A DNA stretch of 63,455 bases, filler included, from Stramenopiles sp. TOSAG23-3 (taxonomy: Eukaryota): assembly GCA_900128585.1 (NCBI GenBank). It is 5 parts of 5 records of this genome, joined end to end, with 100 filler letters (N's around TTAATTAATTAA, not from the genome) between each part and the next. Parts side by side here need not be neighbours in the genome. Positions count along the whole stretch, not along the records: positions 39,621 to 59,300 come from LT642394.1; positions 59,401 to 61,378 come from LT645187.1; positions 61,479 to 63,455 come from LT645188.1; 2 more parts are not named here. One strand, given 5' to 3'. Position numbers and translations under genes: made by a program. Below the pieces are notes generated by a model. That model was given only the letters and a program-made list of their open reading frames with translations, was not told the origin of the DNA and did no database searches. Shown piece after piece: positions 55,951-63,455 of the stretch (positions within the stretch are counted from its first letter, which is position 1; every line of letters starts with the position of its first letter).

Positions 55951-58900
55951 CTATATTGACCCTTTTTTGGATTTCTTCGGCTTTCGGGGCGGGGGCTTCT
56001 TCTTCCCTTTAGTCGGTCGCGATGGAGCCTTCTTCCTTGTTTTCCCTGGAGGCGGAGGCGGGGGCTTTTTTGCGGCCGGCTCACCCTCTTTCAAGCTTTT
56101 TCTAATTTTTCTCCCACGCGAAACAGCTTGTATTTTTTTAGCAGCTTTCGTCTGCTCATTGAGTTCTTTCTTCTTCTTTCGGGCTTGTTTCCCTCGGATG
56201 TGCGCTTGTATTTTAGTAGCTTTCTTCGTCATATCCAGTTGCTCTTTCTGCTTCTTCCGTGCTTGTTTTCCACGAATATGAGCTTGGATTTTCGTAGCCT
56301 TTTGCGCAATTTCTTTCTTCTTCTCTGTCTTTCGTCGCGCCTGATGACCTCTTATTCTTGCCTGAATTTTGGTCGCCGTCTCATCATGCTTTTTCTTGCT
56401 CTCCTCCGCCCCATCTTTTTTGTTTGCACCGTCGCCTTCGTCTTCTAGCTTAACAATTGGGACTCCATCATCGTCGAAGTCTGCCACATGCCGGTACCAG
56501 AACCTTAGTGCTTGAGCTATGACAAGGTCAATGTCAACCATTTTCGATTTTTTCCCCGATTTGTTCGGACTTCCACTTTCGACTACGTGCTGCTTGAGGT
56601 CTTTGCAAATATGTGCAATTGTTTTTTTGTGGTGGTGGTCGCCCTCTATGTCCTCCAATACATGGTGAAGTAAATCCGATGCTTTTTTGAGCGAAATAAG
56701 GCACTGCGGCTGGGAAAGCTTTTTTTCGATTTTGTTCGCTGGCATGATTTGCATGATACACCTCAGTAGGACATTGCACGCATCGGGATGAAACGCAGTG
56801 ATTAAATCCTCATGTATTTCCATATTTAGCCACCCTGTGAGCGTGCCAAACCATTTAATACGACTGTGTTCCTCATAATGAGCCTTAACGCTTTCTTCTA
56901 AGTTTGCAAGTTGTTGCGCAGCATCCGCCCCAAACTCTGTGGGCATGTATAAATGACGCAAGTACTTCGGCAAGCTGTCGTGTACATCATGAATGTGCTT
57001 TGCCTTATACCCGTAAATGCGAGCAATCGACGCGATTGCAAGCCCAGACTCTACTGGAACTCCTTTGACTCTTTTTGACTCTTTGGCTGCCATTATTGCC
57101 TTTCGTTTTTTTCTCACTCGTCTTCGACCTTGGCGTCCCCTTTCCCGGGCTTGGATTTTAATGGCCGCCGCAGTTCGTCGCTTTTTCCTCCTTCGGACTT
57201 TCTTCACGCGCCGTCTTGCCATGAATCCTCGAGCACTTCGTTGCATGATAATAACAGCCCTGCGCTTCCCATAAAAATTTTCCGACTTTCGTCGTGAAAT
57301 CCCTCTTTGAACTTTTTGTATGCGTGTCGCCATCGCATTCCATGATGCAAAAGACAAAATTGTCTGGGACGCATTTTCTCTGGTTACAATGTCAACTTTC
57401 TTCTCTTCCACTTCTCGGATCTCTTTCACTTTTAACTGAGATTCGGTTAGGGTTGGCATGGCCTGTTCACGGAATTGTCTGACCAAATCATTCCTGACTG
57501 GAGACGCATTGTTTACCAAAGGGACGAATGTGCAGTCTTGACTTAACCGTTCGCCCTTTTCCCTATGCCGTATGTCTCGCTGCCTGATTTGTTTCATACC
57601 ACTCTTGTACAAGGATTCAATCCGCTTCTTGTCGACCGTTTTTTTTACCGCCTTACGTGACAGGGATCCTTTTGAATTCGCTTTGCTTAAATCATCATAT
57701 CGTCCCCATGTTGCTGTTAATTGGGTCGAGCAATGAAAATGTGTTGGCGCGTTGCTATGATTAGTTTTTGGCTTGAATGTACCCGCAGGGCTATTGTGCA
57801 CTTTATCCCGAATGGCAAGAGATTTTTGTCCATTTTTATACAACCTGTCAAAGCGATTAGCTTTGTTCCCCTTCCCAGGCTTTTGTTTTCCCAAAGGTTG
57901 TTTGGACGACCGCTTTGTGCCCTTGTTAACCCGGGGCGAAAAGGTACAGTCGCGCAAACCGGACCCTTCGTTTTCATACATTTTCTGCTGTTCATTATAC
58001 GAGATGACACCTTGTTGATACAAGGCTTCAAAGTGAATATTATTACCTTTCGTTTTTTTCCCAGACACCCTACGGACTCCAGGAATTACCACACCAATCG
58101 GGATCGTCGTACCACTGGACCGTTTCCCCCGTGGAGTTAACTTTGGTTGAAACGTGCACTCTGAGGGCAGCTCATTCTTTGCTTTTTCTATCAATCTTCT
58201 CTTTTTCTCCGATTGCGCGATACTCTGTTCGTACAGGCGCGTTGCAGCTTCTTCCGCCGCCCTTCGCAGCAGTTCAGATTCCTTAGGCGATGGAAGGCAT
58301 GGCAAGATGCTCTCGTTCTTCTTCCCAAATGGTTTTGTGGGGAGGATACCTTTGACATTGGTCCTAGGTCGAAAGGTAGCGCCATCGACCTCGTCTCTTA
58401 AGGACTTCTTCAGTGCATAGAAATGGTTTTGATCGCGATTTTTAGCCTTAGACTTTGCTTTTTCATACAATTCATTGCATGCCACTTCCGCCGGTCTTCT
58501 GTCTTTCTTACGCTTTCGGAGCTTTGCCCCCACGGAGGCTTCGTAAAAGAGTACTTGGAACTCCGAGAGGGGTATTTTCCCTTCATACTGTTTAGAAATT
58601 TTACGAAAGTTACTGATAAACGCTTTGGGCTGGATGTGTTTTGTAAATTGGGACCACGATGAATTTAACGTTTCGTTTTCATTCTTTTTCTCCAATTTTG
58701 CATCATTGTTATTTCTCGGCATACTGCCTCCGACCATGAAATACTTTTGCACTTCTTTAGCCTCCAGGAAACCGCTGTTGTCTGTATCTAAGCAGTTGAA
58801 AGTTTCCTTCAATTGCTTCATTGATAACTTCATTCTGCTGAAATCACGTCGTTGCGGGGAATTTGGCATAAAGTCAAACTCGTGCTTTTGCTTTTCCTTA

Positions 58901-59300
58901 TAAATTCGCTGTTTTGTTAAGAACCGATCATTTCTCTCTCCGGCGCGACGGTATAATCTTTTGTCGACAGGTAGGCTAAAAACTGCGTCGCGCTCGAAAT
59001 TAATTTTGGAAGCTGACTCAGCAAGCAAAATGGGTTGAAATGTACAATTGCGATCACTGTATTCTATAGCTCTTTCTCTGCGCTTGCTCTGCCTCATTTC
59101 TCGTTTCGCCGCTTCGTTGTATAGCCGGTTTGCAGCTTCTTGGGGCGTTCTTTTCTCCTCGTCAGATTCCATGCAGTTTGTGTTCATTTTGGTTTTTGGT
59201 TGAAACGAACATTCGGCCGACAGCAAATTGCCCAATCGTTCCCTTTCAAATATTTGGTTCATCCCTTCTCTATAGAGGCGTCTTGAAGCTTGTACGCCCT
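55951..59300 (-). CDS. IQ-motif/EF-hand protein with RLY...CTFxP repeats, 5' truncated
   Basis: Frame open to the gap at 59300; EF-hand DTDNSGFLEAKE; about 7 IQ motifs; about 8 (C)TFxP repeats. Confidence 0.8.
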
Positions 59301-59400
59301 NNNNNNNNNNNNNNNNNNNNNNNNNNNNNNNNNNNNNNNNNNNNTTAATTAATTAANNNNNNNNNNNNNNNNNNNNNNNNNNNNNNNNNNNNNNNNNNNN
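59301..59400. other. Artificial contig linker
   Basis: 44 N, TTAATTAATTAA, 44 N. Confidence 0.97.
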
Positions 59401-59402
59401 CG

Positions 59403-59885
59403 AAGGGGACGAACTGGCACAGGTGCATGTGTGCGAATTTGCGTACGACCGTAGGGACGAAAGCGTCCTTAAGAATAGAAAAGACTCTGTGGTTGTACCA
59501 AAACAGACGGTCCATCAGCAGCCGAAGGTTCCTGTACCGAGTGGGCCGAATGTATTCTGGTGCAGTAGCTGCTGCTTACGTGAAGTATGCACTTCCAATA
59601 GTGTTTTATGAAAAAGCATGGAGGGCAGCAGCGGAAGACTTGATTAAGTACAAACGTGAGTACAAAGCCAAGTTTCATTGTCGGCATTGCCAAAAAGGGT
59701 TCTTGCTGTACCGCAAATTCATCTACCATGAAAATGTTGCCTGTTTTTTCGCGACTAGTGGTCTACAAGGAAGGTTAAATGGTCCGATAGAGAAGGTATT
59801 GGAGAACATGAGTTTAGAAAGCCCGAAAGAAATTGTGAAATTGACCAGAAAGCACTATTTTCTTTCTCGAATCACGTACATCTAG
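59403..59885 (+). CDS. 3' part of a hypothetical protein with a zinc-finger-like motif
   Basis: Frame open from the contig start; FHCRHCQKGF......HENVAC. Confidence 0.5.
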   Translation, partial: KGTNWHRCMCANLRTTVGTKASLRIEKTLWLYQNRRSISSRRFLYRVGRMYSGAVAAAYVKYALPIVFYEKAWRAAAEDLIKYKREYKAKFHCRHCQKGFLLYRKFIYHENVACFFATSGLQGRLNGPIEKVLENMSLESPKEIVKLTRKHYFLSRITYI

Positions 59886-60060
59886 TTGAGTACGAAGGCC
59901 CGGAAAAAGTGTACAGATATGAATCAGTATTCTTATTTTTTTTCGTAATTAATCCAGCCACCTAAGTGAGCTTAAGTGGACCGTAAAATTACGTAAATAT
60001 AATATTTGCACGACTTCGCCGAGTCTGCCGGCTTCAAGTCCAATTTTTGTGCCACAACTT

Positions 60061-61170
60061 TTACGACGGCACCTTTTCAAAGGAATGCTTCGTAAAGGTT
60101 GTTAGTCGATGTCCCCTGGAACGATTTAGGTTGCAGTTGACGAAACCCACAATTGATTTCGCTTCTGGGACGGTGCAGACCAGGGGACTTTCCATTGGAA
60201 ACCGTTTAAATGTGACCGACTGGTCTTTGTTATGTACAGGGTACGCAATAATGCATTGGTGGGTTAACCCAACGTTTAGTGCATCAGTCGGGTCGCAATC
60301 AGCGAGTAACTCTTTCAGTGCAGCTGCACCGTTTCCTGCGCGCGCTGGCCCCAACACTTCCGCGATAGCAAGTTCTAATACATTCAACACCTTGCTCCTT
60401 TCGTGACCTTCAAAATCGCGATGGGATTGGTGCTTGGGCTGCTTCTTTTTTGGAGCCCCTTGAAACCGTTTCTGTATAGATTGCATGCAATTGAATGCTT
60501 TTTCGACCACCGACAAGGCGACGCCACCGGTCACTGGGTCCAGCAATTTCAACGATCGGCAAACAGCATGCGCCGTCGACATAAAATGTTCTCTCGGTTC
60601 ACTCCTCAAGTATTCGCGTTCGTCTATTTCGTCCGTGAGCAAAACTTTGTGCAGCGCCAGGCTGCTCGGGGGGGACGCTGAAAAAATACGAGGGTTCTTG
60701 AAAGCAATATTTTTTGCCTGTTTCCACGTGCCGTCGATAGCAACCAAATATTTCACAGGGCGGGGGAGGGTACCTTTTGACTCGACTCCGTGGTCCGACG
60801 CTTCCACTTTCATCTCAATCTCTTTTGCCAGCTCTGCCACAGGGCGAGACCCAACGCCTGGATACAAGATACAACTTTTTCCGTGCTCGTTGTGCGACAA
60901 GGCCTCGTCCAAGACCGGGTATTTCCCCTCACTAAAATCAATATCGACGCACACATGGCAGTTCTTTAGACACAGTTTCAACAGTAAAACGGTGTTCAAG
61001 CTTTTCTTCTTTGCCTCTGTCGGGTGCTGCAAAACAATAACGACGTAATCGGTTGACACTTTCGCTTCCGGCAGGCTATCGCAGAGGCACGACGGGATCG
61101 GTCGCGTACAGGTCGCGCACCGAGCACGCCGCCGAATTCGCACACCTTTGTCGACCGTAAGTGTCGCCAT
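60061..61170 (-). CDS. DTW-domain tRNA-uridine aminocarboxypropyltransferase (DTWD2/TapT-like)
   Basis: CATC...CLC, LQHPTE, LYPG, AIDGTWKQAK, RSEP...MST. ATG at 61170. Confidence 0.9.
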   Translation of the reverse strand: MATLTVDKGVRIRRRARCATCTRPIPSCLCDSLPEAKVSTDYVVIVLQHPTEAKKKSLNTVLLLKLCLKNCHVCVDIDFSEGKYPVLDEALSHNEHGKSCILYPGVGSRPVAELAKEIEMKVEASDHGVESKGTLPRPVKYLVAIDGTWKQAKNIAFKNPRIFSASPPSSLALHKVLLTDEIDEREYLRSEPREHFMSTAHAVCRSLKLLDPVTGGVALSVVEKAFNCMQSIQKRFQGAPKKKQPKHQSHRDFEGHERSKVLNVLELAIAEVLGPARAGNGAAALKELLADCDPTDALNVGLTHQCIIAYPVHNKDQSVTFKRFPMESPLVCTVPEAKSIVGFVNCNLNRSRGHRLTTFTKHSFEKVPS

Positions 61171-61378
61171 CTCAGTGGAAATGGAAGGGGTGGGGGTCAA
61201 GAAACGTGGGAACTTTCACTGTGTAGAGAAATCATGATTGTAAAGAGATAGTACAATCTTCGCGCCGCCCATGTTGTTTTCAATGGATGTCAAGAAGGTT
61301 AGTTACAAACTATTCATTTACTTTTTTTTCGTTTGTCGCTAGTCGTCTATTTATAATTTAAAAAAAAAAAAAAAAAAG

Positions 61379-61478
61379 NNNNNNNNNNNNNNNNNNNNNN
61401 NNNNNNNNNNNNNNNNNNNNNNTTAATTAATTAANNNNNNNNNNNNNNNNNNNNNNNNNNNNNNNNNNNNNNNNNNNN
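61379..61478. other. Artificial contig linker
   Basis: 44 N, TTAATTAATTAA, 44 N. Confidence 0.97.
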
Positions 61479-61519
61479 AAACTACAGAACCAAGTTAGGA
61501 TTAGGGTATGAGGAAGCTA

Positions 61520-61557
61520 AATTTAATTACTTAAATAACAGCCAATTTTCTTGTTTT
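61520..61557 (-). repeat. Conserved 3' flank element, 5' half
   Basis: Minus strand AAAACAAGAAAATTGGCTGTTATTTAAGTAATTAAAT, 35 nt after the stop at 61592. Confidence 0.85.
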
Positions 61558-61591
61558 ATTTTTAGTAGATTTAGAGAGTGTAGCAAATGGT

Positions 61592-62707
61592 TTACTTCTT
61601 GTGTATCTTTGTCATACTGTTCGCGAGCTTCTGCTGTTCCCACAGCTCTGTCTTTCGCCGTTCTTTCGCTTTTCTTGCTGCGTCTCGGCGCAGCTCGATT
61701 TGACGCTCCTCTTCCTGCTTTCGCTCCTCCATCCTTCTCATCAGGGTACCGGTCGTCACCTTCGCTCTCCTCAACCGTACCACATTGTCCGGAAACACTC
61801 GGTTAAAGCCTGACAATAATGAATATACGTCATGGCCAATTGACACACCTTTTCCATCCTTTTGAGAATCTTCTGCGGTCTCTTTTGCATGCTCGTTTTC
61901 GGCGCGCGGAATAAAGTGGTCCTCTCGGACCTCCTCCGCAGCATGTTCTAAAATTGCCAAAATTCCCACATCTGCATCGGCCTCATTTACCTGAAGAACG
62001 GTTTCCGACCCTGATGTTTCAACCATGATGGTTCCGTCGTTCTCTTTCTGAATTACCCTGCCGTTTCGTTCCACAATGACCGTTCCATCCTCCAGCACGT
62101 CGGTCTGTGTTCCGTCCACCTTGTTGGTAGCAGAGCGCGACCCGTCCGGGTTGATCTGAAGCACGTTTCCATGCATGTCTTCGAAAATGGTGGTCCCATC
62201 TTCTTCAATCTGCTTCTTCGATTTGTTGGTGTAAGTTATTATCTCTGTCTTGTTTAATTTATCCGTTTCTATAGACGTTCCATCTGCTAAGATCTTTACC
62301 TCGATGGTGTTGTCTCGGTTTGTCTCTATGCTACTGCCGTCCACCCTGGTCACTTTCGTCGAACCATCTGCGAACGATTCCGTCTTCTCTCCGTCCTTGA
62401 ACTCGATACAAGAGCCGTCGGGATTTTCCTGTCGGATCAACTGGTTCGTTGTACCGTTAAACACCATGACGACGCCGTCGACAACTTCCGTACGATTCCC
62501 TTCTCTATCGATTTCTATCCTTTCCCCAAAGTTATTGCTCTGCTCCATCGAACCGTCATCGTGCACAACGACTTCCTCCCCACTTTTGTACTGAACAATT
62601 TCCCTCCCATCCTCAAGAAATTGGCGTATGGTCCCTTTCTTATCCTTCCCCACACTCGTCGCAAGCGGGTGTGCCGCAGTGGTGCTCACCACATCAGCTT
62701 CAAACAT
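61592..62707 (-). CDS. Beta-hairpin DG-repeat protein (Tcp10/CENP-J G-box-like) with C-terminal coiled coil
   Basis: Repeated ~9-aa units (NPDGS, ADGT, EDGT, NDGT). Confidence 0.65.
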   Translation of the reverse strand: MFEADVVSTTAAHPLATSVGKDKKGTIRQFLEDGREIVQYKSGEEVVVHDDGSMEQSNNFGERIEIDREGNRTEVVDGVVMVFNGTTNQLIRQENPDGSCIEFKDGEKTESFADGSTKVTRVDGSSIETNRDNTIEVKILADGTSIETDKLNKTEIITYTNKSKKQIEEDGTTIFEDMHGNVLQINPDGSRSATNKVDGTQTDVLEDGTVIVERNGRVIQKENDGTIMVETSGSETVLQVNEADADVGILAILEHAAEEVREDHFIPRAENEHAKETAEDSQKDGKGVSIGHDVYSLLSGFNRVFPDNVVRLRRAKVTTGTLMRRMEERKQEEERQIELRRDAARKAKERRKTELWEQQKLANSMTKIHKK

Positions 62708-63233
62708 TGCAGGGAACCAATCTCTTCCGAAGCTGTTTGTAAAGGTCTATCATGAAAGGGATAGAAACGTTTCGTTCCGGGATCGTTTGCCGTTGTATAA
62801 ATCTATAATACCTATATGCATTTGTATACACTATCAGTCATCACAAAAAATAAGTTATACTTGTTCTTCTTCTCAAAATGTACAACGGGGGAACAAAGAA
62901 GGAGAATGATTATATTAAGTTTGTTTTATTTAAAAAAAAAAAGAAGTAATATAACAACCGATAATAATAAATAAAATAATATTAAATACCTAACGAGAAG
63001 AATAAAATATTATTAGTAAAACGGACGACCATATTATTTATTCAATGTAAAATGATTTCAGAAATTTTATTTTTTATTTATAAAAAAAAAATATCAAAAA
63101 AGAGACGAATAATGAATGTATATTTTAAATTATATATCATCATCTCTTTTATCTCATATTAATAATAGCATTCACACAGCAAGAAGAGAAGATCCGTTTA
63201 ATTTTTAGAGAGGGCAGAAGAAAGGAGGACATC

Positions 63234-63455
63234 ATTCTCTTCTTCTTCTTCTTCTTCTTCTTCTTCTTGCTTTTTCTTCATTCTCTTCTTCATTCTCTTC
63301 TTCTTCTTCTTTTTTCTTCTTCTTTTTTCACTAACTCCTCTCTTCTCTCTTCTCTTCTCTCTTCTCTTCTTCATTCTCTTCTTCTTCTTTTTTCTTCTTC
63401 TTTTTTCTTCTTCTTTTTTCTTCTTCTTTTTTCTTCTTCTTTTTTCTTCTTCTTT
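63234..63455. repeat. (TTC)n-like pyrimidine microsatellite at the window end
   Basis: Seen directly. Confidence 0.95.

Noticed and set aside
19720-61478. TTAATTAATTAA repeats as a biological motif, and gene neighbourhoods across them
   Set aside because: They are identical N-flanked 100-nt linkers. Segment lengths (19719, 19701, 19680, 1978, 1977) suggest size-sorted concatenation of unrelated contigs.

Overview
Eukaryotic, gene-dense, intron-poor sequence with AT-rich or microsatellite spacers. It is most likely from a flagellated protist (stramenopile-like is inference only). The window is five contigs joined by artificial 100-nt N/TTAATTAATTAA/N linkers, so synteny across the linkers is meaningless. 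Genes found: LRR protein, three-exon DNA-PKcs, Cgr1/CCDC86, EF-hand coiled-coil protein, 4xRRM protein, DHHC palmitoyltransferase, MFSD5-like transporter, DUF427-SPRY protein with an in-frame TGA, secreted Fn3-like protein, SWIB/DEK protein, arylsulfatase, secreted Cys-repeat protein, intronless DNAH1-like dynein, Aurora kinase, IQ protein, DTW protein and a Tcp10-like repeat protein. Top finding: the 532-nt first intron of DNA-PKcs holds a 412-nt, highly structured box C/D RNA with a CUAACCCUAAC template right behind a boundary-type hairpin. This is a candidate intron-encoded, C/D-type telomerase RNA. Also notable: a conserved ~65-nt element downstream of unrelated genes on four contigs, and a candidate DUF427 selenoprotein with a SECIS-like hairpin inside its CDS. 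All family calls come from motif recognition by eye and all RNA folds were derived by hand; no searches were run.
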